From an uncultured Clostridia bacterium (GTDB lineage Bacteria > CAYTYR01 > UBA6262), in assembly GCA_964441745.1 (NCBI GenBank), contig CAYTYR010000004.1, positions 1 through 64,000 on the forward strand: a stretch of DNA of 64,000 bases, read 5' to 3'. Made by a program: the position numbers and the translations under genes. The notes under the pieces are model-generated. The model was not told where the DNA came from. It worked only from the letters and a program-made list of their open reading frames with translations, and did not search any database. This document shows, one piece after another, positions 50,406-60,886 of the stretch. The number at the start of each line of letters is the position of its first letter. Position 1 is the first letter of the stretch.

Positions 50406-52181
50406 ATGAAAAAATTAACGATTGCAAGCGTATTATTCGGTATTTTAGCGCTGGGATTGCATTTTACCTCTGTGCCTGTTTTTAGCCAGACAGAGGGAGA
50501 AATTGACATTACTACTATTGAGACCGCTAATTTAGATTCTGACAAAGCAGAAATTATAATCAAAGGTAGTGGCGTGATCAGCTGCAAAGACTTCAAGGTG
50601 GCCAAACCGCCGATGATCATTGTCGATATCGCCGATGCTGTATTTAAAATCGCCAATAAGAATATTGCGGTCAACCAAGGGCTGGTAAAAAGTATCAGGT
50701 CCAGCCAATTTAAGGTAAAACCCGCAAAAAGCGTCAGAGTGGCAATTGACCTGACAGAGATGGCAACATATGAAGTGATCAAAGGTGAAAACCAGGTCAC
50801 AGTGAAGATCGATCAGCCGGCCCAATCTGCCGCTGCTCCTGCCGAAGCGCCGGCGCCAGCCGTTGCCGAAGCGCCAGCGCCAGTTGAAACACCGGCGCCA
50901 GCAGTCGCTGAAGCACCGGCAGAAGAACCGGCAGTAAGCGAATCAGTTGAAGAAACAGCTCCTGTCGCCGGTCAAAAAGAACAGTCTATTTCCCTTGATT
51001 TTAAAGAAGCTGATATCCGTGATGTGCTGAAGATATTATCGGTAAAAAGCGGAATTAATATGGTTTATGGGGAAGATGTCAAAGGGGCAGTCACTATTCA
51101 CCTGGACAAAGTTTCATTCCAGGATGCTTTAAACATTATTTTGAGATTGACGGGATTGTCCTATGATTACATTGCGCCGAATGTTATGCGGATTGCCACC
51201 CCAGCAACGGTTAAATCAGAACAATCTCTGGGCGTCACTCAGACCGGCGTCTTTGGCGTAAATTATGCCAAGGCTGCGGAATTGACTCCATTGCTTACTT
51301 CACTATTAAGCGCGCAGGGCAAAATGCAGGCTGATGCCAGGACTAATAGCATCATCGTTACTGATATAAGCGATAATATTAAGAAAGTAGTGGATATGAT
51401 CAAGGTACTGGATGTGCCGACACCGCAAGTCATGATCGAGGCGCAAATAGTATCAGTCAATAAAGATGCTTTCAAGGATTTAGGTGTTACCTGGAACCTG
51501 ACCAAAAACTGGACTGACACTGGTCAAAATCCCAACCTGGATACGATAGATGGTGTTGAAACTGTCCTCGGTAAAGGTGGCGCGATTAATACTGAAGGGG
51601 TAGGAGTGCCTGCGCCTGCTGCCGGCGTGATTACCTTAGGTAAAGTATTTCATAAAGGCAATGAATGGTCCAGCTTGAATGCCACTTTGGCGGCTATGGA
51701 AACCAAAGGTAAAGGTAAAATATTATCCAGTCCGAAGATCGCTACCCTGAACAATCAGGAAGCGACGATCCTGGCTGGTAAGAAAGTAGCCTATGTCAGC
51801 GCGACCAATGTGACTACCGGCGGATCAACGCAGACTGTCAGCTTTGTCGATGTCGGTGTTAATCTGAGGGTCACACCTAGCATCAACCTGGATAAGAAAA
51901 TAACCATGAAAATACATGCCGAAGTCAGCTCTATTGGTAATGTTGATGTGAATGCTAAGGTACCGCCGCCAATCAGCACCCGGAGCGCGGATACCAACAT
52001 TCTGGCGGCAGATGGTGAAACACTGGTCATCGGAGGACTGATCGATGAGCAGTCTACGGAATCTCTGTCCAAAGTACCGTTTATCGGTGAAATACCTATT
52101 ATTGGCGCCTTATTTTCACATAAGTCCAATGTAAGTACAAAAACTGAACTGTTAGTGTTCATTACTCCGCATATAATGTAG
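50406..52181 (+). CDS. pilQ: Type IV pilus secretin PilQ (AMIN domain, Pro/Ala linker, secretin)
   Basis: ISLDFKEADIRDVL, DARTNSIIV, QVMIEAQIV, SSPKIATLNNQEA, KVPFIGEIP, ELLVFITP. Confidence 0.96.
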   Translation: MKKLTIASVLFGILALGLHFTSVPVFSQTEGEIDITTIETANLDSDKAEIIIKGSGVISCKDFKVAKPPMIIVDIADAVFKIANKNIAVNQGLVKSIRSSQFKVKPAKSVRVAIDLTEMATYEVIKGENQVTVKIDQPAQSAAAPAEAPAPAVAEAPAPVETPAPAVAEAPAEEPAVSESVEETAPVAGQKEQSISLDFKEADIRDVLKILSVKSGINMVYGEDVKGAVTIHLDKVSFQDALNIILRLTGLSYDYIAPNVMRIATPATVKSEQSLGVTQTGVFGVNYAKAAELTPLLTSLLSAQGKMQADARTNSIIVTDISDNIKKVVDMIKVLDVPTPQVMIEAQIVSVNKDAFKDLGVTWNLTKNWTDTGQNPNLDTIDGVETVLGKGGAINTEGVGVPAPAAGVITLGKVFHKGNEWSSLNATLAAMETKGKGKILSSPKIATLNNQEATILAGKKVAYVSATNVTTGGSTQTVSFVDVGVNLRVTPSINLDKKITMKIHAEVSSIGNVDVNAKVPPPISTRSADTNILAADGETLVIGGLIDEQSTESLSKVPFIGEIPIIGALFSHKSNVSTKTELLVFITPHIM

Positions 52182-52204
52182 TATAGCGGATTGTTTCGAG
52201 TGTT

Positions 52205-52252
52205 AAAAAAAGCGCGAATTTAGGTGTGAAAAAACTAAGTTCGCGCTTTTTT
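52205..52252 (+). terminator. Intrinsic (bidirectional-looking) terminator after pilQ
   Basis: A7-GCGCGAATTTAG...CTAAGTTCGCGC-T6. Confidence 0.8.
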
Positions 52253-52274
52253 ACAAAAAAGCAAAGGGATCAAA

Positions 52275-52799
52275 ATGAACGAAAATCTTAATATTGCTTT
52301 AGAACACCTCAAAAATAATTTTACTGATATTAGTATCCGCGAATTTCAGGGGATTATAAAAAAAGAGCCTAATAATTCCCTGGCGCATCTTTATTTAAGC
52401 CGGGCCTTAGAGAAAAAAGGGAACGAGGAACAATCCAAGGGGTTCTATGTCCTGGCGCTGGAAGAGGCTAAGTCGGCTTTAAAAACCAGCGTTAAGCTGA
52501 ATAAGGAAATACACCAGCAGTTGATCAATATGTACCATAAATGCGACCAGCTGGACCTGGCTATCACCCAGTACAAGAAGCTGGCTGCTGCTAATCCCGG
52601 CAATGAATATTATGCTGAATGTGTTAAACAGATTTCCGCCCTTTCCACTTTTAATATCAGCGCCTCTCCCCAAATAAATGAAAGCAAAAAAAACAGTTCA
52701 AAACTATTTATTTTTGTAATGCTGTTAATAGGGGCTTTGATAATAATAGTTTTATTCTTTGCGATGCAATATTTCCAAGCGAATCCCGCGCTTAAATGA
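52275..52799 (+). CDS. TPR-like protein with a C-terminal TM anchor
   Basis: EPNNSLAHLYLSRAL; hydrophobic C-terminus. Confidence 0.65.
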   Translation: MNENLNIALEHLKNNFTDISIREFQGIIKKEPNNSLAHLYLSRALEKKGNEEQSKGFYVLALEEAKSALKTSVKLNKEIHQQLINMYHKCDQLDLAITQYKKLAAANPGNEYYAECVKQISALSTFNISASPQINESKKNSSKLFIFVMLLIGALIIIVLFFAMQYFQANPALK

Positions 52800-54478
52800 A
52801 TGCCGTGCGCCGTTCTGCTATTTTCCTCTTCCTCTTCACCACGGTTCTCTCGCTTTTTTTAAATGCCAGTTGGGATATATGGTCACAATCATTGGTACAT
52901 TTCCTGACTTTGGTCATACTTTCATTATTCTTGATCCACGCGGTGAGGCAAAAAAAGGAACTAATATTTTCCTACACTAAAGCCGATATCTGGTTTTTAC
53001 TGTACCTGGCCGGCCTGTCTCTTTCCTTTCTCTATTCTGTTAACCAGTTTAATGCCCGCAACGAGCTTTACAATCATTTTAATTATTATCTCTTCTTTTA
53101 TCTTTGCCCTTTATTACTGACCGAGGAGCGCTGGCGCGACCTTTTCCTGAGATCAACCGTGATCGCGGCCGGATTCATCTCCCTGTTGATCATCTGGGAG
53201 TTTTGGACCGGGGCATATATTACCGGCGGTCCTTTGCTGAACGCTAATATCGCCAGCGGATTATTTATTTTAGTTTTGCCCATCCTGATATCCAGGCTGG
53301 TATTAGATTTAAAGCAGGATAAAAGTAATGCCTGGTATCTGCTTGATTTATTGTTAGGGATAGTGATCCTCACTGGTTTGCTCATTACCCGGTCTTTAGG
53401 CGCCTGGATCAGCCTGTATTTCAGCCTGTTTCTTTTCCTGGTGCTTAGCTGGAAAAGAGATAGTGCAGATTATCATCATCATACAGCCAGGAAATTTCTG
53501 GTCACCAGTCTGGCCCTTGGCGCTATCGTGATCGGGTACTTTGTACTGGATAAACTGAAAGAACCTGAAATATACAACAGGCTCTTGTGGTGGCAGGGGG
53601 CTGTTAAGATGATCAAGAACCACCCTCTAAGCGGGGTAGGTTTGGGAAATTTCGGGGACATGTACCTGGTCTATAAAACAACTGGCCTGAATTCAGTCTA
53701 TGCCCATAATTATTATCTCCAGCTCTGGTCAGAAGCTGGCATATTTAGCCTGGTATTTTGGTTATGCGGGGTGTATGCAGTAATACATGGCCACCTGTCA
53801 AAATTGCCGGAGCAGGAACAGCAGAACCAATATACCAGCATTGGCTTGATCTGCGCTACCAGTGGGTTGCTGATCTATAGCCTGATCGACTATAGTATGT
53901 ATATACCAGCCATTGCCATTATCTGGTGGGTCCTGCTGGGACTGATGCGGTCTTCTCTGCCCGTAAAAACCCGTATCCTTAAAATAAGCGTTTATCACCG
54001 TATTGTTTATATTTTTATTATTGTTTTGCTGGTTGTTTTAGCCATAACGCCTTTTTTTGCCAGCCAGCGTTATGTGACCGGCATTACCTATCTTGGCCAG
54101 AAAGACCTGGTTCAAGCCAGGAAAGCTTTTAAAATATCGCTGGCTTTAGATCCTCTTAATTCCCAGGCGTATGGATTTTTGTCTGATATCGCTAAAGAAG
54201 AAGGGGATCTTAATGCGGCCGTAGATTACATGCAAAAAGCTATCTCTCTCCATAGGTATTATGGGCCGTTTCACCATAATTTGGCGCTGCTCTATGAGGC
54301 GCAGGACCAGCCGTCGCAGGCTATTGCTGAAGCGGAAAGGGCTTTAATTTGTCACCGGCAAAAACCTTTATATCATTATACTCTCAGTTTGCTCTACAAG
54401 AAGTCCGGCCAAATAGCAAAAGCAGAACAAGAATATGGTATCTATCAGGAGTTGTTGCAGAATGCCCAGGGTAATTAA
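52796..54478 (+). CDS. O-antigen ligase (Wzy_C) family membrane protein with C-terminal TPRs
   Basis: Multi-TM; NAN..SG, TRSLGAW, R..WW..A..MI..HPL.GVG.GNF, AHNYYLQ..SE.G. Confidence 0.88.
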   Translation: MNAVRRSAIFLFLFTTVLSLFLNASWDIWSQSLVHFLTLVILSLFLIHAVRQKKELIFSYTKADIWFLLYLAGLSLSFLYSVNQFNARNELYNHFNYYLFFYLCPLLLTEERWRDLFLRSTVIAAGFISLLIIWEFWTGAYITGGPLLNANIASGLFILVLPILISRLVLDLKQDKSNAWYLLDLLLGIVILTGLLITRSLGAWISLYFSLFLFLVLSWKRDSADYHHHTARKFLVTSLALGAIVIGYFVLDKLKEPEIYNRLLWWQGAVKMIKNHPLSGVGLGNFGDMYLVYKTTGLNSVYAHNYYLQLWSEAGIFSLVFWLCGVYAVIHGHLSKLPEQEQQNQYTSIGLICATSGLLIYSLIDYSMYIPAIAIIWWVLLGLMRSSLPVKTRILKISVYHRIVYIFIIVLLVVLAITPFFASQRYVTGITYLGQKDLVQARKAFKISLALDPLNSQAYGFLSDIAKEEGDLNAAVDYMQKAISLHRYYGPFHHNLALLYEAQDQPSQAIAEAERALICHRQKPLYHYTLSLLYKKSGQIAKAEQEYGIYQELLQNAQGN

Positions 54479-56585
54479 TTATATTTTGTTAGCGCTGGCC
54501 GGTATCTTGCCGCTTCTTAACGGCGGTAAGGGGTTTGGCGCTTTTTGCGCTGCAACCATAGTATTATGCGGGCTGGGATTAGCGGTCCTTTATCGGCAGC
54601 GCCAGAATGAGCAGATAACTATTCCTGTTGCGCCTCATTTTAATATACTGGTGTCCTGTTTCTATATCCTGATTTCACTTAATTTGTTTTTTACGGTATA
54701 TTGGCACGATACGATCATTGAATGGATCAGAATAACAGGATACCTCATCTTTTATTTGCTCTTAATCTTTTCTGCTGATCAGGACCGCCAAGGGTTTTCT
54801 CACCTGACCAGGAACATGCTTTTTGTAGCAGTAATTTTATCACTGGTTGAAGCGATAGTCATTATTGGCCAAAATTACCTGCATTTGCCGCCGCGTGGTA
54901 CCATGCCCAATGAAAATCTGGCCGCTTCCTATATCCTCATCGGATTGATAACCGGCTTATCTTATCTCTTATTCAATAAAGGCCTTTCTCGTCTGAAAAT
55001 AGCCGCCGGGATCTTTGCTTTGTTAGTGTTATCATCAGCTTTGATCCTGTCGCATTCGCGCGGTGTCCTGATTGCGTTGGTTGTGTCATTGGGGATTGTC
55101 AGTAAGATCAGGTTCCGAAAATGGGGCTTGATCATGGTTTTTTTAATAGGTTTGGGTATCCTGGCTTTTCTCCCCGTCTCTGTTTTTGATGAAATATTCA
55201 AAATGAATGTGCCTTACAGCTACCGGAGAATTTATATCTGGCAAAGCGCCTGGGAGATTATAAAAAAACGTCCCTGGTTTGGCTGGGGGCTGGGTAATTT
55301 TGGTTTGGTTTATCCCCGCTATAATTTGCCTAGTTTTGACACTGTTTTGCATTATGGCAAGGTGACCAGGTTTGCCCATAGTGAATTTTTGCAGGTTGCG
55401 GCTGAAGCCGGCTTGTTAACCATGATGGTTTACTCTGCGATCGTAGGGTATATTGTTAAAGCTGGCCGTGATCTTATACTGAAAAATAAAACAAACTGGA
55501 TCAAGGCAGCTGCTTATGCGTCTTTTGCCGGTATTGCCGCTCATAGTTTGGTTGATTTTAATTTACATTTGCCGGCGATAACCTTTATGGCTGTGATGCT
55601 GGGAACAATCATTTTAGCAGAGATTAGCCAGGGGAAAGAAAAAACTTATGTTATTACCGGCCGGATCAAGAATACAGCTGGCCTCCTCCTGTCAGCTATT
55701 ATCTTAACGATCATGGTGTTTTTTACCAGTCATATATATATGATCCAGGCAGAAAAAGGGAAAAATAAGAAAGCGCCGCTGGATGTAATTGTCAGTGACT
55801 ATAAAAAAGCCCAGTTTATTAATCCTCTGAATAGTTATCAGTATGAAGATCTGGGGAGATTATATGCTGTCCAGTATCAGCAGAAAAATGATATTTTGGC
55901 GGGAGAATTGGCTATCTCTGAATATACCCGGGCGAGCCGGTTTAATCTAGAGGAAGCCGCTTATTATGAAGATTTATTTTATTTGTATTATAGCTTTGGC
56001 TCTCCCTTGCCGGTCATGGAGCAAAATTATGTCCAGGTCATGGCCAAAAACCCGCATCTGGTCAAGCCTACTCTGGTCCTGGCCATGTTCCATCTGCAGC
56101 GCCAGAATTATGGACGGGCGATACAGTTATTAGCAGAAGTGATCCAGAAGGAACCTAATTGGCTGTCTGCCTACTATTATCTGGCAAAATGTTATGAGCA
56201 GATGAAGGAACTAAAACTGGCCCGCAATAATTACGAAATAATCGTCAAAAAATTAGGGCAGCATTTAGAACGCCTGGCCCAAAGCAGTTATGAGTTACAG
56301 GCACTGGAAGTGCCTAAGATTGAAATATTTACCCGTCTGGGGATCCTCTATAATCTAGAGGGCAGATATAACGAAGCAGTTTCTGCCCTCAACCAGGCAT
56401 TGGCTCTTGATCCGGAACAGGGTGAAACTTTAAACGCTCTTGCCGGTGCCTATTTCAGCCAGGGACAATACCGGCAGGCTCTGCCTTACGCGCAAAAAGC
56501 GGTGCGTTTAAACCCGAAAAACCTGGAATTCCGGCGAAATCTGGACCTCTGCCTGCAGAAAATGTCTCCCTCTCTCACCCGCTAA
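54462..56585 (+). CDS. Second O-antigen ligase (Wzy_C) family protein with C-terminal TPRs
   Basis: GTMPNEN, SHSRG, R..IW..AW......PWFGWG.GNF, AHSEFLQ..AE.G; AGGAG before the ATG at 54462. Confidence 0.88.
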   Translation: MPRVINYILLALAGILPLLNGGKGFGAFCAATIVLCGLGLAVLYRQRQNEQITIPVAPHFNILVSCFYILISLNLFFTVYWHDTIIEWIRITGYLIFYLLLIFSADQDRQGFSHLTRNMLFVAVILSLVEAIVIIGQNYLHLPPRGTMPNENLAASYILIGLITGLSYLLFNKGLSRLKIAAGIFALLVLSSALILSHSRGVLIALVVSLGIVSKIRFRKWGLIMVFLIGLGILAFLPVSVFDEIFKMNVPYSYRRIYIWQSAWEIIKKRPWFGWGLGNFGLVYPRYNLPSFDTVLHYGKVTRFAHSEFLQVAAEAGLLTMMVYSAIVGYIVKAGRDLILKNKTNWIKAAAYASFAGIAAHSLVDFNLHLPAITFMAVMLGTIILAEISQGKEKTYVITGRIKNTAGLLLSAIILTIMVFFTSHIYMIQAEKGKNKKAPLDVIVSDYKKAQFINPLNSYQYEDLGRLYAVQYQQKNDILAGELAISEYTRASRFNLEEAAYYEDLFYLYYSFGSPLPVMEQNYVQVMAKNPHLVKPTLVLAMFHLQRQNYGRAIQLLAEVIQKEPNWLSAYYYLAKCYEQMKELKLARNNYEIIVKKLGQHLERLAQSSYELQALEVPKIEIFTRLGILYNLEGRYNEAVSALNQALALDPEQGETLNALAGAYFSQGQYRQALPYAQKAVRLNPKNLEFRRNLDLCLQKMSPSLTR

Positions 56586-56630
56586 GTTTCTCTTGCTATT
56601 TAGCTGATTCATCGTATATAATAATTAAAT

Positions 56631-57821
56631 ATGATTCAGCTTCAAGTAGAACAAAACAATCCCCGTGTGGCCATGGTTTTGGCCAGATTTTATCCGGTTC
56701 TTGGCGGTACAGAAAAACAAGCCCTATTGCTGGCTGAGCATTTACAGCGCCAGGGCACAGAATTGTTTATAGTGACCGCCCGATTGCCCCGTTTAAAGGT
56801 TTATGAAGAAATAAACACAGTCAAAATTTACCGAACAGCCAGTTATTTCACCGGCCTGGCCGGATCCGTATGTTTTATGTTTTCCGCGGCTCTTTTACTG
56901 TGTCGCCGGAGAAAGCAATTTGACCTGATCCAGGTTTTCCTGGCGGGATCACCAGCCCTGATGGCGGTTATTTTAGGCTGGTTACTGCGCAAGAAAGTAG
57001 TACTGAAATTGGGGGGAGCCGGGGTGACCGGAGATATCGCTACCAGCCAAAGCAGCCTCTGGGGGCACTGGAAACTGAGTTGGTTAAAGAAATATATCCC
57101 TGCTTTCATTGTGCCAAGTGAAGTCGTCAAAAAGGAATTGGCAGTAGCCGGTTTCCCTGAAAATAGAATAAGGTTGATACCCAATGGTGTTGATCTTACA
57201 TGTTTTAAACAGGTTGAAAAGGTGAAGAAAAAGGAGTTACGGGAAAAACTTGCTTTACCCATGCCCATGTTGTCAATCTATACCGGCAGGATGGAACCGG
57301 GTAAAGGACTTGAAACCCTGCTATCTGCCTGGGAGCTGGTATTTCATGAAGTGCCACTGGCGTATCTATTACTGGTTGGTGATGGCAGTTTAAGAAAATC
57401 GTTAATCGACAGTTTGTCGGATAAAACTTGCCGGCAGCAAGTAATATTTACTGGTACAGTGGATAATGTGGCAGATTATTTGCAAGCGGCGGATATTTTT
57501 ATTCTCCCTTCGCTGGCCGAAGGACTATCCAATTCCCTCCTGGAAGCTATGAGTTCTGGTTTAGCCGTGGTTGCCTCGGATATAGGTGGTATCAATGAGC
57601 TGGTTAAGAACGGTGTTAATGGCTTATTGGCTGAGCCCGGGGACCCGGCCAGCCTTTCCTGTCAGCTTGTTTCCTTACTGCGTGCTCCCGGAGAAATAAA
57701 CCGTCTGGGCCAGGAAGCGCACCAGACTATTATTAAAAATTACAGTATTGAGAACGTGACGGAGCAATATAACAATCTATATCAGGAATTAAAGGAGTCT
57801 AATTTTGATCCCCATTATTGA
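56631..57821 (+). CDS. Glycosyltransferase family 4
   Basis: GGTEKQ, IPNGVD, PSLAEGLSNSLLEAMSSG. Confidence 0.93.
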   Translation: MIQLQVEQNNPRVAMVLARFYPVLGGTEKQALLLAEHLQRQGTELFIVTARLPRLKVYEEINTVKIYRTASYFTGLAGSVCFMFSAALLLCRRRKQFDLIQVFLAGSPALMAVILGWLLRKKVVLKLGGAGVTGDIATSQSSLWGHWKLSWLKKYIPAFIVPSEVVKKELAVAGFPENRIRLIPNGVDLTCFKQVEKVKKKELREKLALPMPMLSIYTGRMEPGKGLETLLSAWELVFHEVPLAYLLLVGDGSLRKSLIDSLSDKTCRQQVIFTGTVDNVADYLQAADIFILPSLAEGLSNSLLEAMSSGLAVVASDIGGINELVKNGVNGLLAEPGDPASLSCQLVSLLRAPGEINRLGQEAHQTIIKNYSIENVTEQYNNLYQELKESNFDPHY

Positions 57822-58899
57822 TTTAAAAGCGCAATATTTGACCATTAAGAACGACATTGATCAGGCCGTGACTAAGGTTGTCGCCAGTGGCAATTATATC
57901 CTGGGGCCAGAGGTAGAGGGGCTAGAAAAGGAAATTGCGGCTTATACCGGTACCAAATATGCCATCGGTGTAAATTCTGGTACTGATGCCTTGCTGTTAG
58001 CTCTTAAGGCTTATAATATTGGCCCCGGTGATGAAGTCATCACTACAGCCTTCAGTTTCTTTGCTACTGCGGAAGTGATTGCCTTTCTTGGCGCCAAGCC
58101 TGTTTTTGTTGATATTAACAAGGAAGATTTCAATATCAATGTGGATTTGATCGAAGATAAGATAACTTCAAAGACGAAAGCTATTATCCCGGTGCATTTA
58201 TATGGCCAACCAGCGGAAATGGCCCAGATCATAGCCTTGGCTACTAAACATAAATTAAAAGTAATTGAGGATTGCGCCCAAGCTTTAGGAGCAGAATATA
58301 AGGGTAAGCGGTGCGGCAGTATCGGCGATGTCGGCTGTATTAGCTTTTTCCCAACCAAAAACCTGGGTGCTTTTGGCGACGGCGGGATGATCGTGACCAA
58401 TGACGAACAATGCTGGTTAATGATTAAGAAACTGCACTTGCACGGGGAAAAAGAAAAATATGTCCACGAATTTATCGGGTATAACAGCCGGTTGGATGCG
58501 TTGCAGGCCGCTGTGCTCCGGGTTAAACTAAAACACTTGGATACCTGGATTAGCCGGCGGCAGCAGGTTGCCGGTATTTATAATGAGACCATTAAAACAG
58601 TCAAGGTGCCGGTAATGAAAGAGAACTGCCGTCATGTTTTCAACCAGTACACTGTCGTGAGTAATAAGAGGGACGACCTGCAGAAATTCCTGAAAAACAA
58701 CTTGGTTGGCTCAGCCATCCATTATCCGATCGCACTTCCTGATCAGCAGGCTTTCCAATATCTGGGTTATCAGCCGGGCGACTTCCCTGATGCGGAGAAA
58801 ATGGCGGCACAAGTCTTGTCCTTGCCGGTATTCCCGGAATTAGCCCAGGAGCAGGTAGAACATATCACCGAGACGGTTAACAAATTTTACGCGGAGTAA
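57805..58899 (+). CDS. DegT/DnrJ/EryC1/StrS sugar aminotransferase
   Basis: NSGTDAL, PVHLYGQ, IEDCAQA, SFFPTKNLG..GDGG, NSRLD.LQAA. Confidence 0.96.
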   Translation: MIPIIDLKAQYLTIKNDIDQAVTKVVASGNYILGPEVEGLEKEIAAYTGTKYAIGVNSGTDALLLALKAYNIGPGDEVITTAFSFFATAEVIAFLGAKPVFVDINKEDFNINVDLIEDKITSKTKAIIPVHLYGQPAEMAQIIALATKHKLKVIEDCAQALGAEYKGKRCGSIGDVGCISFFPTKNLGAFGDGGMIVTNDEQCWLMIKKLHLHGEKEKYVHEFIGYNSRLDALQAAVLRVKLKHLDTWISRRQQVAGIYNETIKTVKVPVMKENCRHVFNQYTVVSNKRDDLQKFLKNNLVGSAIHYPIALPDQQAFQYLGYQPGDFPDAEKMAAQVLSLPVFPELAQEQVEHITETVNKFYAE

Positions 58900-58909
58900 A
58901 AAGCTGTTC

Positions 58910-60880
58910 ATGCCCAGAATAATTTTTATCTCTTTAGAATATGCTCCGGTTATAGGCGGGGCGGAAAAACAAACCAGGACCCTGGCCGAGAAAATGGCTG
59001 CTGCCGGATTCCCGGTTTCGGTCCTGACTCGTTGGCACAAGGGATTGCGGACCAGTGAAGTAATGAATGGGGTAGAGATCCACAGGATCAGAACGCTCTG
59101 GCTGCCATTTTTTTCCTGGCTGAGTTTTACCTGCGGGGTGTTGCTATTCGTCAACTGTCATAAAAAGGAAGACTTAATTTTACAGGCGCAAATACTCAGC
59201 GTGCCGGCTTTGGCCGCCGCTGGCTGCGGCCGTCTTTTTAACAAGCCAGCGCTGGTGAAATTAGCCGCCGGTGGGAAAGGCGGCAATATTGATACTTTGC
59301 TGCATTCGCGCCTGGGCCGATATAAATTTAATTTACTAAAAGAGAATCTTGATTATTTTGTGGCTATTAATCAGGAAGTACGCTCAGAGCTGGAACAGGA
59401 AGGGATCGTAGCCCGCAGGATCAAAACTTTGCCTAATGGTGTAGACACAGACCTGTATCAGCCGGCAACGAGGCTGGAGAAAGAAAAATTAAAAACAACA
59501 TTAGGCTTAGGGGCTGGCCCGGTAATCCTGTATGTTGGTCGTTTGCACCAGGTCAAAAATCTGGCGGTACTAATTGACAGTTTTGCGCTTCTGCCGGCGG
59601 CCGCAACGAACGCGCAATTATTGATTATTGGTTTGGGACCGGAAGAAATAAATCTCAAGAAGCAAATTGCAGCAAAGGACCTGACCGGCAAAATTGTTTT
59701 TATTCCCATGCAGGAAGATGTTCAGCCTTATTTTCAAGCAGCGGATATTTTTGTCCTGCCCAGTCAGCGGGAAGGTATTGCCAATGCTTTGCTGGAAGCG
59801 ATGGCTAGTGGGCTGGCGCCAGTAGCCAGTAGAGTCGGCGGTAATAAAGAATTGATTCAGGATGGGACCAATGGCTTCCTGGTGGAACCGGGAGAGGCAG
59901 CCTCCTTGGCCGGGGCTTTGTCCAGGCTGGTGTCAGATGAGAAATTAAGCAGGCAGTTCGGCGTAGCTGCGCGGCAGAAAGTAATTGATCATTACGGGTT
60001 AGCGGCCACAGTTTCTGGCTACCGGGACATCTATAGCTTGATGCACAGGAAATATTTTAAACAGCAGTTTCCGATCTTGGCTTATCACCGGATACAGGAA
60101 AAACCAGAATACGGTATGGATGTAGCTACTGCTGATTTTAGCCGGCAGATGGACTGGCTGCACCGGCAGGGCTGGCAGACGATCTCGTTGGACCAGATCA
60201 AGGAGTGCCTCGACCAAGATCTGGCTTTACCGGCCAAGAGTTTTACGCTCACTTTCGATGATGGTCATAAGGATAATTATGCCCAGGCTTTACCCATTCT
60301 GAAAAGATACGGATTTTCCGCTTTAATTTACCTGACCGCTGGTTATATCGGAACCACAAAATATGCAGTAAAAACTGAAGTCGGCAGGCAATGGCTGGCG
60401 CAAAAACCAGCTACCTGGCAGGACCAGGATACGGTCAATTGCCGTAAGTTTGAGTTCCTTTCCTGGGAAGAGATTCAGGAAATGAAAACCGCTGGCTGGG
60501 AATTTGGAGCGCATACGCTCAGTCATCCGCACCTTACCAGATTAAGCCGGCAGGAGCAATTTAAGGAAATAGAAGATTCAAAAAAGCTTCTTGAAAATAA
60601 ATTAAATACGCCAATTAAGCATTTTTGTTATCCATACCAGGATTATAACCAGGAGACTGAGGACCTAGTCAGGCAGGCCGGATTTTTAACCGCTTGCTAT
60701 TCACCATCGCATTATGATCTCCGTTTTTATTGGGATGATCTTTACGCCCTGGAAAGAATTGCTATTTTCGGGCAGATGGACCTGAAAAAAGTCAGTATGC
60801 TGGTCACAGGTTCTTACCAGCGTTGGCGCCGTCACTTGCCGGCACCGGTGTGGGATTCTCTCGCTAAGCTTAGGCGGTAG
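58910..60880 (+). CDS. GT4 glycosyltransferase fused to a polysaccharide deacetylase (NodB/CE4)
   Basis: GGAEKQ, EGIANALLEAMASG; then PILAYHRI, TFDDG, GAHTLSHP.L, FCYPY. Confidence 0.92.
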   Translation: MPRIIFISLEYAPVIGGAEKQTRTLAEKMAAAGFPVSVLTRWHKGLRTSEVMNGVEIHRIRTLWLPFFSWLSFTCGVLLFVNCHKKEDLILQAQILSVPALAAAGCGRLFNKPALVKLAAGGKGGNIDTLLHSRLGRYKFNLLKENLDYFVAINQEVRSELEQEGIVARRIKTLPNGVDTDLYQPATRLEKEKLKTTLGLGAGPVILYVGRLHQVKNLAVLIDSFALLPAAATNAQLLIIGLGPEEINLKKQIAAKDLTGKIVFIPMQEDVQPYFQAADIFVLPSQREGIANALLEAMASGLAPVASRVGGNKELIQDGTNGFLVEPGEAASLAGALSRLVSDEKLSRQFGVAARQKVIDHYGLAATVSGYRDIYSLMHRKYFKQQFPILAYHRIQEKPEYGMDVATADFSRQMDWLHRQGWQTISLDQIKECLDQDLALPAKSFTLTFDDGHKDNYAQALPILKRYGFSALIYLTAGYIGTTKYAVKTEVGRQWLAQKPATWQDQDTVNCRKFEFLSWEEIQEMKTAGWEFGAHTLSHPHLTRLSRQEQFKEIEDSKKLLENKLNTPIKHFCYPYQDYNQETEDLVRQAGFLTACYSPSHYDLRFYWDDLYALERIAIFGQMDLKKVSMLVTGSYQRWRRHLPAPVWDSLAKLRR

Positions 60881-60886
60881 TATACG

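Noticed and set aside
50830-50935. Tandem GCCGAAGCGCCGGCGCCA repeats in pilQ
   Set aside because: Ordinary Pro/Ala/Glu linker between the AMIN and secretin domains
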